From Alphaproteobacteria bacterium (lineage in GTDB: Bacteria; Pseudomonadota; Alphaproteobacteria; UBA828), in NCBI GenBank assembly GCA_965237415.1, contig CBDEFM010000002.1:3872001-3936000 (forward strand): a stretch of DNA of 64,000 bases. The letters are read 5' to 3'. Of this stretch, positions 30,088-41,760 are shown one piece after another. Under the pieces are notes generated by a model, which saw only the letters and a program-made list of their open reading frames with translations, searched no databases and had not been told where the DNA came from. Positions within the stretch are counted from its first letter, which is position 1; every line of letters begins with the position of its first letter. Made by a program: the position numbers and the translations under genes.

Positions 30088-30710
30088 CCGCGCGGGCACA
30101 CATGCACGAGCGTCCGGCCTCGTCGGATGCCGGCTTCCGGCGCTGTATCGCGAGCGGCGTCAGCAGGCCCCGCGACGCCATGCTGCGCTTCGTGGTCGAC
30201 CCGGGCGGGGCGTTGGTGCTGGACCTCGGCGAATCGTTGCCTGGGCGGGGCCTTTGGGTCTCGGCCGAGCGCGCCGCGCTGGAAAAGGCCTGCGAGCGCG
30301 GGCTGTTCGCGCGCGCCGCACGCCGGCCGATTGCCGTGGCGCCCGCTCTGATCGACGAGGTGGAGCGGCAGTTGACCGCACGGGGGCTGGATATTCTGGG
30401 TTTGGCGCGGCGCGCAGGCGCTCTCGTCACGGGCTTCGACAAGGTGCAACGCGCGCTCGTAGAGCGGCGGGTGGCTGTCCTGGTCGAGGCGAGCGACGGC
30501 GCGCGGCACGGCCGGGCGCGCCTCGGCGCGCTCGCGCGGGACATTCCCGTGATCGCGCAATTCGACGGTGCCGCGTTGAGCCGCAGCCTGGGCCGTGAGA
30601 ATGTGGTGCACGCCGCGTTGGCGCCTGGCGGGCTCGCCGATCGTTTCCTTCGGGAATCAGCGCGGCTCGGTGGCGTGCGTGCAGAGTCCGGCGACCGGGA
30701 TAAGGCATAA
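30084..30710 (+). CDS. YlxR/DUF448 plus L7Ae-like RNA-binding protein
   Basis: Motifs RRCIASG, LRFVVDP, LPGRGLW and LGLARRAG; lies between nusA and infB. Confidence 0.85.
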   Translation: MTARAHMHERPASSDAGFRRCIASGVSRPRDAMLRFVVDPGGALVLDLGESLPGRGLWVSAERAALEKACERGLFARAARRPIAVAPALIDEVERQLTARGLDILGLARRAGALVTGFDKVQRALVERRVAVLVEASDGARHGRARLGALARDIPVIAQFDGAALSRSLGRENVVHAALAPGGLADRFLRESARLGGVRAESGDRDKA

Positions 30711-33349
30711 TGAGTGACGAAACCGAAGCCGGTGATCAGGAGCGACGCAAGCCCTTGTCGTTGAAGCGACCGGGGCGACTCGAGCTCAAGGAGACGGTCG
30801 ACGCCGGCCAGGTGCGGCAAAGTTTTTCCCACGGCCGCAGCCGCGCTGTCGCCGTCGAGGTGCGCAAGAGCCGTACGCTGAAGCGTGGCCCTGCGGCCGA
30901 TGGGGCAGTGGCGCCCAAGCCGAAGGCAGCGCCCAGGGCAGCGCCGCCCGAGCCCGTGGCCGAGGCGCCGCCCCTGCCTCAGGATGACGTGTACCAAACT
31001 TCCAGGGCGCCACGCTCCCGGGTCGTTCTGCGCACGCTGACGAGCGACGAGAAGGCCGCCCGCGCGCGCGCCGTCGAGGACGCGGTGCGCTCTGAGCGTC
31101 AAGAGCGGGAGCGGGCGGTAGAGGAAGCCCGCCGGCGCGCTGTGGAGGAAGAACGACATGCCGCCGAGCACGCCCAGGCCGAGCGGCGGAAGAGCGAAGA
31201 GGACACCCGCCGCAAGGCCGAGGAAGATGCGCGCAAGAGGGCGGAGGAGGATGCCGCACGGAGGCTTCCACAGCCAGGGGAGCCCAAGGCGGAAGAAGCC
31301 GCCGCTCCGGGGGCGGCGGGCGCGGTACGACCCGCCCGGCCCGGCGCAGCCCCGGCGGAAGAGGAGCGCGGGAGACCCCGCCGTCGCGGCGAGCAGCGTC
31401 GCCCCGCCAGCCCTTCGCGGCGTGACCAGCCCCGCCGGCGCGGTGGCAAGATCAGGCTCTCGGAGGCCCTCGACGGCACCGTCGGCGAGCAGCGCGGCCG
31501 CAGCCTTGCGTCTCTGCGCCGCCAGCGCGAGCGCGAGAAGCGCCTTGCGCGAGAGGCGATGCGCGCCGACGGGCTCAAGCCCGTTGTGCGCGAGGTCGTG
31601 GTACCCGAGGCGATCACGGTGCAAGAGCTTGCGAGCCGCATGGCCGTGCGCGGCGCCGAGGTCGTAAAGCGCCTGATGGAGATGGGTACGATCGTGACCA
31701 TCACGCAATCGATCGATGCCGACACGGCGCAGCTCGCGGTCGAAGAGTTCGGCCACAAGGTCAGGCGCGTCAGCGAGGCCGATGTCGAGATCGGGCTCAA
31801 GGGCGAGGACGATACTATCGACGCTCTGCTCATCCGCTCGCCCGTGGTCACGGTCATGGGCCATGTCGATCACGGCAAGACGTCGCTGCTCGACGCCATT
31901 CGCTCCAGCGACGTTGTCTCCGGCGAGGCGGGCGGAATTACGCAGCACATCGGCGCCTACCAGGTGGAGACCCCCAGGGGCGCCCGCATCACCTTCATCG
32001 ACACGCCGGGCCATGCCGCCTTCACGGAGATGCGCGCTCGCGGCGCGAGCGTGACGGATATCGTGGTTCTCGTGGTGGCGGCGGACGATGGCGTCATGCC
32101 GCAGACCGCCGAGGCAATTAATCATGCGCGCGCGGCGGGCGTCCCCATCCTCGTCGCCATCAACAAGATCGACCGGCCGGACGCCGATCCCAACCGCGTG
32201 CGCCAGGACCTGCTCCAGCACGAAATCGTGACCGAGGCGATGGGCGGCGACGTGCTCGCCGTCGAGATATCGGCGACCCAGAAGCTCAACCTCGACAAGC
32301 TGGAGGAGGCGATCCTGCTCCAGGCGGAGTTGCTGGAGCTCACCGCTAACCCGGACCGCGCTGCCGAAGGCGTCGTGATCGAGGCCAAGGTGGACCGCGG
32401 GCGCGGCGCGGTGGCGACCGTACTGGTCCAGCGCGGCACGCTCCGCATCGGCGATATCGTCGTTGCCGGTGCGCAATGGGGCCGGGTGAGGGCGATGTAC
32501 GACGACCACGGCGCTGCCACCAAGGCGGCGGGACCGGCGGTGCCGGTAGAGGTACTCGGGCTCAGCGGCGCGCCCCAGGCAGGCGATGAGGTCGTGGTGG
32601 TCGAGAACGAGCGCCGGGCTCGCGAGGTCTCCGAGTTCCGCCACGCGCGTACCAGAGAGAAGGAGGTCGCGCGCGGCGCCCCGCTCAACCTGGAGCAGCT
32701 CTTCTCCGAGATCCAGGAGAAGGAGAGCAAGAGCGAGCTTCCGCTCGTCATCAAGACCGATGTCCAGGGCTCGGCGGAGGCGCTGGTCGGCGCACTCGCG
32801 CGGCTCGGCACGGACGAGGTGGCGGTGCGCGTGCTCCATTCGGGCGTCGGCGGCATCACCGAATCGGACGTGACGCTCGCCGCGGCGTCCGACGCGACGG
32901 TCTTCGGGTTCAACGTACGCGCCAACGCACAGGCACGCGAGCTCGCCGCGCGCTGCGGGATCGAACTTCGCTATTACGCCGTCATTTACGACGTCGTCGA
33001 CGAGGTCAGGGCCAGTCTCGAAGGGATGCTGCGCCCGGAGGCGCGCGAGCGGGCGCTGGGCAGCGCTCAGATCCTCCAGGTGTTCGAGGTGGGCCGCGTG
33101 GGCAGGATCGCGGGATGCAGGGTGACCAACGGCCTCGTGCGACGGGGCTCGAAGGCGAGGCTGCTGCGCGACGATGTCGTCATCCACGACGGCGCGCTCA
33201 AGACGCTCCGGCGATTCAAGGACGATGTCCGCGAGGTGAAGGAAGGTTACGAATGCGGCATGTCGTTCGAGAACCATTCCGATCTGCGCGAGGGCGACGT
33301 CGTCGAGCTCTATGAGATCGAGGAGGTCGCGCGCAAGCTGGAGGCGTAG
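30710..33349 (+). CDS. infB: Translation initiation factor IF-2
   Basis: Motifs [23 protein letters not shown] and NKID. Confidence 0.98.
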   Translation: MSDETEAGDQERRKPLSLKRPGRLELKETVDAGQVRQSFSHGRSRAVAVEVRKSRTLKRGPAADGAVAPKPKAAPRAAPPEPVAEAPPLPQDDVYQTSRAPRSRVVLRTLTSDEKAARARAVEDAVRSERQERERAVEEARRRAVEEERHAAEHAQAERRKSEEDTRRKAEEDARKRAEEDAARRLPQPGEPKAEEAAAPGAAGAVRPARPGAAPAEEERGRPRRRGEQRRPASPSRRDQPRRRGGKIRLSEALDGTVGEQRGRSLASLRRQREREKRLAREAMRADGLKPVVREVVVPEAITVQELASRMAVRGAEVVKRLMEMGTIVTITQSIDADTAQLAVEEFGHKVRRVSEADVEIGLKGEDDTIDALLIRSPVVTVMGHVDHGKTSLLDAIRSSDVVSGEAGGITQHIGAYQVETPRGARITFIDTPGHAAFTEMRARGASVTDIVVLVVAADDGVMPQTAEAINHARAAGVPILVAINKIDRPDADPNRVRQDLLQHEIVTEAMGGDVLAVEISATQKLNLDKLEEAILLQAELLELTANPDRAAEGVVIEAKVDRGRGAVATVLVQRGTLRIGDIVVAGAQWGRVRAMYDDHGAATKAAGPAVPVEVLGLSGAPQAGDEVVVVENERRAREVSEFRHARTREKEVARGAPLNLEQLFSEIQEKESKSELPLVIKTDVQGSAEALVGALARLGTDEVAVRVLHSGVGGITESDVTLAAASDATVFGFNVRANAQARELAARCGIELRYYAVIYDVVDEVRASLEGMLRPEARERALGSAQILQVFEVGRVGRIAGCRVTNGLVRRGSKARLLRDDVVIHDGALKTLRRFKDDVREVKEGYECGMSFENHSDLREGDVVELYEIEEVARKLEA

Positions 33350-33370
33350 AGCGCGCTTGCCCAACGGTCG

Positions 33371-33748
33371 ATGACGAGGAGAAGCGGCAGCGCGCCGAGC
33401 CAGCGGCAACGGCGAGTCGGCGAGCTTATCAGGGAAGCGCTGTCCGAGTCGCTTGCCCGCGCCCAGTTCCGCGATCCCGTGTTGAGCGAGGTACGCCTCA
33501 CCGTGACCGAGGTTCGGCCGGCGCCTGATCTGCGCTCCGCCAAGGTCTATGTGATGCCGCTCGGCGGCGATCGGGCGGCGGAGACGATCGACGCTCTGCA
33601 GCGCGCCGCGGGTTACTTGCGCGGCGAGGTGAACCGCCGGGTCAGGCTGAAGTTCTCGCCCATGCTGCACTTCGAGCTCGACCGCAGCTTCGAGAACGTG
33701 GCGCACATCGACAGGCTGCTGGACGCAAGCGGCGGCTCCGATGACTGA
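33371..33748 (+). CDS. rbfA: 30S ribosome-binding factor RbfA
   Basis: Motifs RQRRVGELIR, PDLRSAKVY and PMLHFELD. Confidence 0.95.
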   Translation: MTRRSGSAPSQRQRRVGELIREALSESLARAQFRDPVLSEVRLTVTEVRPAPDLRSAKVYVMPLGGDRAAETIDALQRAAGYLRGEVNRRVRLKFSPMLHFELDRSFENVAHIDRLLDASGGSDD

Positions 33749-33753
33749 GTCCG

Positions 33754-34650
33754 ATGACTGAGAAAACCGCTGCACGCGGCCCCCACGGCTGGCTGGTGGT
33801 CGACAAGCCCGGCGGGATTACCTCTGCGGCCGCCGTCGCCCGCATCAAGTTCCTCGTCGGCCGCGGCGCAAAGGTGGGGCATGCCGGCACGCTCGATCCG
33901 ATGGCCACGGGTGTCCTGCCTGTGGCCATCGGCGAGGCCACCAAGACGGTCGCGTTCATGATGGATGCACCCAAGCGCTACCGCTTCGGCGTACGCTGGG
34001 GGGAGCAGCGCGATACGGACGATGCCGAAGGTACGGTCATCGAGACAAGCCAACGTCGACCCGCCGGATCGACGGTCGCAAACGTGCTTCCCGGCTTTAT
34101 CGGCCGGATCGAGCAGGTGCCGCCTGCGTATTCCGCCCTCAAGGTCGGTGGCGAGCGCGCCTATGCGCTGGCGCGCCAGGGCCGGCCGCCGCAGCTCCCG
34201 CCGCGCACCGTCCATGTCATGAGCCTGACGCTGACGGAGGCCGACGACGACGGCGCTGCCTTCGAGGTCGAGTGCGGCAAGGGAACCTATGTCAGGGCGC
34301 TGGTCCGCGACATCGCGCGCGCCGCCGGAACGGTGGGCCACGTGAGTTGGCTGCACCGCGCTGCGGTCGGGCCGTTCGCCGAAGAGGATGCGAAACCACT
34401 GGATAAACTGGTTGCGCTCGGGCATAGTCTGGCCCTCGCCGAAAGCCTGCTTCCGGTCGACGCGGCGCTGGCCGACATCCCGGCACTGCCCCTGACCGCA
34501 CGCGAGGCAGATCGTCTGCGCCACGGCCAGCCCGTGCCCGCGCGCGGTGCGGCACCCGGAAGGGTCCGCGCCATCGCCGGGTCCCGCCTCGTGGCGCTAG
34601 CCGAAGTCGGCGCGGGTCAGGCCCGCCCGGTGCGGGTCTTCAACATGTGA
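33754..34650 (+). CDS. truB: tRNA pseudouridine(55) synthase
   Basis: Motifs [18 protein letters not shown] and CGKGTYVR. Confidence 0.96.
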   Translation: MTEKTAARGPHGWLVVDKPGGITSAAAVARIKFLVGRGAKVGHAGTLDPMATGVLPVAIGEATKTVAFMMDAPKRYRFGVRWGEQRDTDDAEGTVIETSQRRPAGSTVANVLPGFIGRIEQVPPAYSALKVGGERAYALARQGRPPQLPPRTVHVMSLTLTEADDDGAAFEVECGKGTYVRALVRDIARAAGTVGHVSWLHRAAVGPFAEEDAKPLDKLVALGHSLALAESLLPVDAALADIPALPLTAREADRLRHGQPVPARGAAPGRVRAIAGSRLVALAEVGAGQARPVRVFNM

Positions 34651-34666
34651 AATGCGGAGTAGCCAG

Positions 34667-34936
34667 ATGTCGATCACCGCGGTGCGGAAGACAGAGCTGA
34701 TATCGGATTACGCCACCAAGACCAACGATACCGGCTCGCCGGAAATCCAGGTTGCGATCCTGACAGAGCGGATCAACAACCTGACCCAGCATTTTCGGAC
34801 CCACAAGAAGGATCTTCATTCGAGGCGGGGCCTCCTGAAGATGGTCAGCCGCAGGCGCCGCCTGCTCGACTATCTGAAGCGCAGCGATCAGGAGCGCTAT
34901 GCCACCGTGATTAAGCGGCTGGGTTTGCGGAAATAG
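34667..34936 (+). CDS. rpsO: 30S ribosomal protein S15
   Basis: Motifs [13 protein letters not shown] and [11 protein letters not shown]. Confidence 0.97.
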   Translation: MSITAVRKTELISDYATKTNDTGSPEIQVAILTERINNLTQHFRTHKKDLHSRRGLLKMVSRRRRLLDYLKRSDQERYATVIKRLGLRK

Positions 34937-35082
34937 TATTGGCGTTCGCGTGGTCCGCTAGGATGCGGCACGCGGGTCAAGAGGGCACGGCGGGAGGCGC
35001 GGCATGGGCCGCCGCCACCGGCGTTGCGCCTGTGTAGGGGCGCGCCGAATTAGCGGCTCGCCACTGGAACGAAGGAAACAGC

Positions 35083-37209
35083 ATGTTCGATATCACACGT
35101 CGTGAGGCCATGTGGGGCGGGCGCAAGCTCATCCTCGAAACGGGGCGCATCGCCCGCCAGGCGGATGGCGCAGTCCTCGCGAGCTACGGCGAAACGGCGG
35201 TGCTCTGCACCGTCGTCGGCCAGCGTTGGGCGCGGGAGAGGCAGGATTTCTTCCCGCTGACAGTCAACTATGAAGAGAAGGCGTCCGCCGCCGGCAAGAT
35301 CCCGGGCGGCTTCTTCAAGCGCGAAGGGCGCCCGAGCGAGAAGGAAACCCTGGTCTCCCGTCTCATCGACAGGCCGCTCCGGCCCCTCTTCGTCAAGTCG
35401 TTTCGCAACGAAACCCAAGTTATCTGCACGGTGCTCTCGCACGACCTGATCAACGATTCCGACATCGTCGCCATGATCGGCGCGTCGGCCGCGCTCACCA
35501 TCTCGGGTTTACCCTTCATGGGGCCGATCGCGGGCTGCCGGGTGGGCTTCGCCGACGGCGCCTACGTGCTGAACCCGACCTACGACCAGCGCGCGGCCTC
35601 CGACCTCGATCTGGTCATGGCCGGGACGCTAGAGGGCGTGCTCATGGTCGAATCGGAGGCGTCCGAGCTCTCCGAGGATCAGATGCTGGGCGCCGTGACC
35701 TTCGGTCACGAAGAGATCAAGCCGGTGATCGAAGCCATCGTCAGCCTTGCCGAGGCCTGCGCGAAAGAGCCCTGGGAACTGCCGGAGGAGCAGGTGGACA
35801 CGGCGCTCGTCGAGCGCATCCGTGCCAGTGCCGAGGCCCCGCTCCGCGAAGCCTATGCCATCGCCGGCAAGACCGAACGGCTGGAGAAGGTGGCGGCGGC
35901 CAAGGCGGAGACCGCCGCGCAGTTCCGCGAGGAGGAAGGCGCTGCCGGCATCCTCGACGGAACGCTGAAGTCGCTTGAGAAGGACATCGTGCGCGGGCAG
36001 ATCCTCGACAGCGGAGCGCGCATCGACGGCCGCACGACCAGCGATGTTCGCGCCATCGAGTGCGAGGTGGGCGTGCTGCCGCGCAGCCACGGCTCGGCGC
36101 TCTTCACGCGCGGCGAGACCCAGGCGCTGGTCACGGCGACCCTCGGCACCGGTCAGGACGAGCAGATCATGGACATGCTCGAGGGCGAGTACCGCGAGCG
36201 CTTCATGCTGCACTACAACTTCCCGCCCTATTCGGTGGGTGAGGCGCGCTTCCTGCGTGGCCCCGGCCGGCGCGAGATCGGCCACGGCAAGCTCGCCTGG
36301 CGGGCGCTTCATCCGCTCATGCCGGATGCCGAGACATTCCCCTACACCATCCGCGTGGTCTCGGAGATCACGGAGTCGAACGGCTCCTCGTCGATGGCGA
36401 CGGTGTGCGGGGCATCGCTCTCGCTGATGGATGCCGGCGTTCCCGTTACCCAGCCCGTTGCCGGAATCGCCATGGGGCTGATCAAGGACGAGGACCGCTT
36501 CGCGGTGCTCTCCGACATCCTCGGCGACGAGGATCATCTCGGCGACATGGACTTCAAGGTCGCGGGCACCGAGCAGGGTATCACGTCGCTGCAGATGGAC
36601 ATCAAGATCACCAGCATCACCGAGGAGATCATGCGCACCGCGCTCGCCCAGGCGCGCGACGGCCGCCTGCATATCCTCGGGGAGATGGCGAAGGCGCTCT
36701 CTCGCGCGCGCGACAGCGTGAGCGACAACGCGCCCCGCATCACCACCTTCTCGATTCCGAAGGACCGCATCCGCGAGATCATCGGCCCCGGCGGCAAGAT
36801 CATTCGCGAAATCTGCGAGACCACCGGGACCAAGATCGACATCGAGGACGACGGCACCATCAAGGTTGCGGCCGTCGAGGGCGAGGCGGCGGAGGCGGCG
36901 ATCAACATGATCCGCGATATCATTGCCGAGCCTGAGGTTGGCGTGATCTACGACGGCAAGGTGGTCAAGATCGTCGACTTCGGCGCCTTCGTGAACTTCA
37001 TCGGCAAGCGCGACGGCCTGGTTCATATCAGCGAGATCGCCCCGCGCCGGATCAAGAGCGTGAGCGACGTGCTGAGCGAAGGCGATAACGTCAAAGTGAA
37101 GGTGCTCGGTATTGACGACCGCGGTAAGGTCAAGCTGAGCATGAGGGCCGTGAATCAGGAGAGCGGAGAGGACCTGAGCGCGGCCGAAGAGAAAGCGCAG
37201 GCCGGGTAG
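35083..37209 (+). CDS. pnp: Polyribonucleotide nucleotidyltransferase
   Basis: Motifs [22 protein letters not shown] and DFKVAG; KH and S1 domains. Confidence 0.98.
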   Translation: MFDITRREAMWGGRKLILETGRIARQADGAVLASYGETAVLCTVVGQRWARERQDFFPLTVNYEEKASAAGKIPGGFFKREGRPSEKETLVSRLIDRPLRPLFVKSFRNETQVICTVLSHDLINDSDIVAMIGASAALTISGLPFMGPIAGCRVGFADGAYVLNPTYDQRAASDLDLVMAGTLEGVLMVESEASELSEDQMLGAVTFGHEEIKPVIEAIVSLAEACAKEPWELPEEQVDTALVERIRASAEAPLREAYAIAGKTERLEKVAAAKAETAAQFREEEGAAGILDGTLKSLEKDIVRGQILDSGARIDGRTTSDVRAIECEVGVLPRSHGSALFTRGETQALVTATLGTGQDEQIMDMLEGEYRERFMLHYNFPPYSVGEARFLRGPGRREIGHGKLAWRALHPLMPDAETFPYTIRVVSEITESNGSSSMATVCGASLSLMDAGVPVTQPVAGIAMGLIKDEDRFAVLSDILGDEDHLGDMDFKVAGTEQGITSLQMDIKITSITEEIMRTALAQARDGRLHILGEMAKALSRARDSVSDNAPRITTFSIPKDRIREIIGPGGKIIREICETTGTKIDIEDDGTIKVAAVEGEAAEAAINMIRDIIAEPEVGVIYDGKVVKIVDFGAFVNFIGKRDGLVHISEIAPRRIKSVSDVLSEGDNVKVKVLGIDDRGKVKLSMRAVNQESGEDLSAAEEKAQAG

Positions 37210-37348
37210 GAAGAGCCGCCAACAGAAGCGACATCTTGCAATCGGCGCCCCCGCTGCCCACATCGCGGTGCAGCGGCGGCGCCGGCCCGTCACCCTGCCT
37301 CGCCACGGCGCTAGGATCGAGCCAGGCGCAACGGTGGACGGACCGACT

Positions 37349-38746
37349 ATGAAGGTGTTGAACGCAATCAGGTTGTCTGGGCGCGAGGTCCTGCCCTTGA
37401 TCGAAGGGGGCAAGGGCATCGGCGTGACCAACGGCCTGAGCTCGGGCGCCTGGGCCGCCGCCGGCGGGGTCGGAACCTTCTCCGGCGTCAATGCCGACTA
37501 CTACGACGAGAACGGCCGGGCCATTCCGCAGATCTATCGCGGCCGCACCCGCAAGGAGCGCCACGAGGAGCTGGTCGACTACGCCATCAGGGGAGGCATC
37601 GCCCAGGCGCGGATCGCCCACGACGTCTCGGGCGGCGAAGGGCGGCTCCACATGAACGTTCTGTGGGAGATGGCCGCCGCCGAGCGTATCCTGAACGGCG
37701 TCCTCGAGGCGACGCGCGGCCTCATTCACGGCGTGACCTGCGGTGCCGGCATGCCCTACCGCCTGGCCGAAGTGACCGCGCAGTACGAAGTCAATTACTA
37801 CCCGATCGTCTCGTCGGCGCGGGCCTTCCGCGCGCTCTGGAAGCGCGCCTATCATCGCTTCTCCGACTGGATGGGCGGCGTCGTCTACGAGGACCCCTGG
37901 CGCGCCGGCGGCCACAACGGCCTCTCCAACAGCGAGGACCCGGAACAGCCCGAACCCGCCTATCCGCGGGTCCTCGCGCTGCGCGAGCAGATGCGCGAAT
38001 ACGGTCTCGACGACGTGCCCATCGTGATGGCGGGCGGCGTCTGGTACCTGCGCGACTGGGAGGACTGGATCGACAATCCCGAGCTCGGGCCCATCGTCTT
38101 CCAGTTCGGGACCCGCCCGCTGGTGACCGAAGAGAGCCCCATCTCCGAGCAGTGGAAGCGCAAGCTGCTGTCGATGGAGGAGGGGGACGTGAAGCTCAAC
38201 CGCTTCAGCCCGACCGGGTTCTATTCGTCTGCGGTGCGCAACGACTTCATCAGGGAGCTCGCCGAGCGCGAGCACCGGCAGGTCGCCTACACCGCCGAGC
38301 CCATCGGCGACCACGACCGGGTGTTCACCCCGGGGCCGCGCGGGCGCACGTTCTATCTCACCAAGGGCGACCTGGCGCGAGCCGAAGAGTGGATGGGGGA
38401 GGGCTTCAACTCGGTGATGAAGACCCCCGACACCACGATCATCTTCGTGACCGACGAGAAGGCGCGCGAAATCAGGGCCGATCAGGCGGCCTGCATGGGC
38501 TGCCTCAGCGCCTGCCGGTTCAGCAACTGGGCGACCAACGAGCCGGGCTCGACCGGCAAGAAGACCGATCCCCGCAGCTACTGCATCCAGAAGACGCTGC
38601 AGGAGATCATCCACGGCGAAGACATCGACAACCAGCTCATGTTCGCCGGCCACGCGGCCTTTCGCTTCGCGAGCGATCCCTTCTACTCGAACCGCTTCAT
38701 CCCGACCGTTCGCCAGCTGGTAGAGCGCCTGCTCACCGGCGACTGA
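37349..38746 (+). CDS. Nitronate monooxygenase/2-nitropropane dioxygenase-family flavin oxidoreductase
   Basis: Motifs PLIEGGKG, CGAGMP, AGGHNG and FQFGTR, plus a CMGCLSAC cluster. Confidence 0.85.
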   Translation: MKVLNAIRLSGREVLPLIEGGKGIGVTNGLSSGAWAAAGGVGTFSGVNADYYDENGRAIPQIYRGRTRKERHEELVDYAIRGGIAQARIAHDVSGGEGRLHMNVLWEMAAAERILNGVLEATRGLIHGVTCGAGMPYRLAEVTAQYEVNYYPIVSSARAFRALWKRAYHRFSDWMGGVVYEDPWRAGGHNGLSNSEDPEQPEPAYPRVLALREQMREYGLDDVPIVMAGGVWYLRDWEDWIDNPELGPIVFQFGTRPLVTEESPISEQWKRKLLSMEEGDVKLNRFSPTGFYSSAVRNDFIRELAEREHRQVAYTAEPIGDHDRVFTPGPRGRTFYLTKGDLARAEEWMGEGFNSVMKTPDTTIIFVTDEKAREIRADQAACMGCLSACRFSNWATNEPGSTGKKTDPRSYCIQKTLQEIIHGEDIDNQLMFAGHAAFRFASDPFYSNRFIPTVRQLVERLLTGD

Positions 38747-39186
38747 CCGCCCGGCGCGCGCAAGGCGCGCGATGCGCTACCGGGCTGTAACGGAAGAAGC
38801 CTCCCTGCCTGCCCGATGCCCCGGACCATGGCGCATTTCTTGGTTCATCGCATGGTGGCATCGTGGACACGGTAAGTGAGTCTTATTATACGTTATTAAA
38901 CAGTGTGTTATGACTCACGCTCTCTCGACACAATGCTGCTGTCCCATTTGCCGGGCACAATATAGGTACCACTTCATTTCCGTTTCCTGCGCACTCGCGT
39001 CGCATCAACGCTACACATGTTTACGCCATCTTTTTCGAATATCGAAATTCGTAGCGAGCGCCAGCGCGGCGCACCGAGGCGACCGCGATGGTAGCCTCGA
39101 TCGGCCAAATCGGCTCTCAGGCGCAGGGCGTCGCCTGCTTCGAGCCCAACGGCTACTCTTCGCCGCCTTTCCTTCACCATTCCCCA

Positions 39187-39305
39187 ACCGCGCCCGCGCC
39201 AAGGACCCGCCGCCGGGAAACATCGTCATGTGGCGCGGCCTCTCTCGCCTCAACGACATAATCCTCGGAGCCAACCTGCAAGCCGATGTTGTGGGTAATT
39301 GAAAG
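39187..39305 (+). mobile_element. IS4-family (IS50-like) transposase 3' remnant with probable right end
   Basis: Encodes RAKDPPPGNIVMWRGLSRL, resembling the IS50/Tn5-type C-terminus; ends TTGTGGGTAATTGAAAG. Confidence 0.7.
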
Positions 39306-39322
39306 CTACGCCGGAGGCTTAC

Positions 39323-39344
39323 GGTTCAAATCCTGCCCCCGCAA
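39323..39344 (+). other. 3' fragment of initiator tRNA-Met (att-like scar)
   Basis: GGTTCAAATCCTGCCCCCGCAA matches the T-arm and acceptor 3' strand of tRNA-fMet; the 5' half is absent. Confidence 0.7.
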
Positions 39345-39482
39345 GCGTTGTCGAGTGCGCTGTAATGACCTCCATGAAGAAGGCCAATGATTGGGGTGCC
39401 GATCAGCGTGGAACCGACACTCCAAACCGTAGTTAAAGGCAAAATAGTGGTGTCGTCACTCGGCGCCGGCGGGGTGCCCGTT

Positions 39483-40346
39483 TCAGCGCGCCTGGCCGGT
39501 GCGGCTGAACAGGATCCAGAAGAAGGTGCCGATGATCGGTAGCGTGACGCCAAAGATAAGCGAGGCCAGGCCGAAAATGATCGGCACGTTGGACTGATGC
39601 GAGGACGCCTGCGCCCAGGTGTAGATCGGCATCGTCGTCTCGGTGCCGCGCAGGAAGATCGAGCGCAGGAGCTCGTTGAACGAGAGGATGAAGCCGAACA
39701 GGCCGGCGCCGACGATGCCGGGGCGCATGATCGGGAACTCGATCTGCCAGAACCGCTTCCAGGCGGAGGCCCCGAGATCCTCCGCCGCCTCCAGCAGGCG
39801 GTGGTCGAAGCGCGTGGCCAGCACGATCACCAGCAGAAAGGCGAAGGGCAGCGCCCAGACCATGTGGCCGACGAAGACCGACCACATGCCGAGCTTGAAG
39901 TGCATGTAGGAGCGGATGAAGAGGAACAGCGCGGCCCCCATGGTGAGCCCCGGCACGAACAGCGGCAGCAGCGTGATCAGCAGCACCCCGCCGCGCCGCT
40001 TCATCCGCGGGATCGCGCGGCCCACAGGCACCGAGACGAGGACGCAGCAGGCGCCGACGGCGAGCGCGAGCCACAGGCTGTCGGTCATCGGCTCGATCCA
40101 GGCGGAGGTCGCGAACAGCTGGTCGTACCAGCGAAGCGTCAGGGGATGGGGAATGCCTGAGAGCGGCCGGTCGCTGAACGACATGACGACCAGCCAGACC
40201 AGAGGAATATAGGTGAGCACGATGAGCACGAGGCCGATCCACACGGCCAGCGGCCGCCAGATCGGCGCATACACCGCATGCTCCCACAGGCGCAGGCGCG
40301 GGCCCCGCCTGGTCCTGCCGCCCGCTTGCGCGTCCGCCGCGCTCAC
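39483..40346 (-). CDS. ABC transporter permease (PotC-like, polyamine/opine type)
   Basis: Motifs TLRWY and the EAA loop LLEAAEDLGAS; hydrophobic; GTG overlaps the upstream TGA. Confidence 0.88.
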   Translation of the reverse strand: MSAADAQAGGRTRRGPRLRLWEHAVYAPIWRPLAVWIGLVLIVLTYIPLVWLVVMSFSDRPLSGIPHPLTLRWYDQLFATSAWIEPMTDSLWLALAVGACCVLVSVPVGRAIPRMKRRGGVLLITLLPLFVPGLTMGAALFLFIRSYMHFKLGMWSVFVGHMVWALPFAFLLVIVLATRFDHRLLEAAEDLGASAWKRFWQIEFPIMRPGIVGAGLFGFILSFNELLRSIFLRGTETTMPIYTWAQASSHQSNVPIIFGLASLIFGVTLPIIGTFFWILFSRTGQAR

Positions 40347-41056
40347 AGCTTCAGCGCCTCGAACAGGCCGGCGATACCGCCCCGCCGCCGGGTGAGCAGC
40401 GTGAGTGCCGCCAGCAGTGCGACCAGGACCGCGAGCACGAAGGCCGAGAGGGAGGCCGCGGTCGGATAATTGAGCGTGGACAGCGCATCCTCGGTGGAGC
40501 GGCCGATCATATTGACCTTGCCGCCGCCCATCAGCTGCGGCACCACCCACTCGCCCAGCGCCGCGAACATCGGGGATTTGGTGTAGCTGTAGATGCCGAC
40601 CCGCGCCGGTGCCTCGATCCGGCAGATGAAAGTGAGCGTGACCGTCTCGCACGTTTCGAACGGGGCGGTATGTCCGGCGCGGCGCATCTCTGCGCGGAAA
40701 TGCAGTCCCCCGCCGGTATGTCCGGGATCGAGGAAGACGGGCGTGCCCTCCGCCAGAACCCCAGCGAGCCGCTCGGCGTACCAGGCGTGGGCGACCGAGG
40801 GCACCACCAACATGACGAGATCGGTGCCGGCGATCGCTTCGGCGACGTCGGTGGTCAGGAGGGCCGGCATCTCGCGGCCCTCAAAGATGCCGCGGACATC
40901 GATGCCGCCATTGGCGCGAATCGGCTTGAGTCTCTCCTCGCGGCGCGCGTGGAGCCGGACCTCGAATCCCCGCCGCGTCAGATCGGCGGCGGCGGCGTAA
41001 CCCCCATGTCCCGCCCCCATCACCGCGACCGACCGGATTTCCATTGCGCCTGCCAT
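40343..41056 (-). pseudogene. In-frame chimera: N-terminus of NAD/NADP octopine/nopaline dehydrogenase plus C-terminus of a PotB-like permease
   Basis: GAGHGG, VVPSVAH and PGHTGG, then an abrupt switch near 40560 to LGEWVVPQLMGGGK..NYPTAASLS and a transmembrane tail. Confidence 0.75.
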
Positions 41057-41260
41057 CGGTCATCACCCGAGGGCGATGTTGCTGGTCACCGCGAGCCGAG
41101 GCAAGCCGCTCAAACCCGCATTCTCCGCCGCCGCCAATGACGGAAGGACGCGCTCCACCCGTCATTTCGAGCAGAGCACCGAGGGCGCGGAGCGGATAAA
41201 CCTCGTCTTTCAAGCGCCCCGCCGTGCCGAGAAGATATCTCCGCTCCGCCGTTCTGCTGG

Positions 41261-41660
41261 CATAGGTGGCGCAGGAGCCGGGCAGCTACAAGGTGCTGCG
41301 CTACGTCTACGCGACCATGAAGAGGCGCGAGACGCGGGAGGTTCTATCGCCTGCGGCGCGGCCCGCTGTGCTGGAGCGCAGCTGCGCGGATGTGAGCTTC
41401 CTGGCCGGGATGCTGGTGGAAAAGTTCGTCTGGCACCTTCCGCTTCACCGCCAGCACAAGCGGCTTGAGGCGAGCGGCGGCTATGTCGCCTACGTAGCTT
41501 ACGCGAAGGTGCGGGCGGGGTTTGTCACCCATGCTCAATGCTGGAGCCATGCACGCAGGGGGTTTGAGGGGGCGCAGGGGGCGGAGCCGAGACTGGTGGG
41601 CGAGGCGCTGGCGCTGATGGGTGCGCTGTACCGCGAGGAGAAGCGCATCCGCGAGAAGGC
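41261..41660 (+). mobile_element. IS66 TnpC transposase remnant, internally deleted
   Basis: ADVSFLAGMLVEKFVWHLPLHRQ is joined directly to GY.AY..HAQCWSHARRGF..ALY; the central part is missing. Confidence 0.78.
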
Positions 41661-41760
41661 GACTTGGGGCTCCGGCACGCTCAAGCGCGGCGGAGCCCCG
41701 TTCGGTCGTCGGGGGCGGGGTCTCCGCCCTTCCGGCCGACCCCCCCGCCAATGGATGCTG

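Noticed and set aside
29978-33775. 1265-aa antisense ORF, and many similar long shadow ORFs in the track
   Set aside because: They lie opposite well-supported genes such as infB, show no motifs, and are expected in high-GC DNA.
38876-38918. dif site or CtrA box
   Set aside because: It lacks the XerD arm TTATGTTAAAT, and the TTAA-N7-TTAA pattern is not met.
39300-39350. Intact tRNA gene
   Set aside because: Only the T-arm and 3' acceptor strand match; there is no D-arm or anticodon arm.
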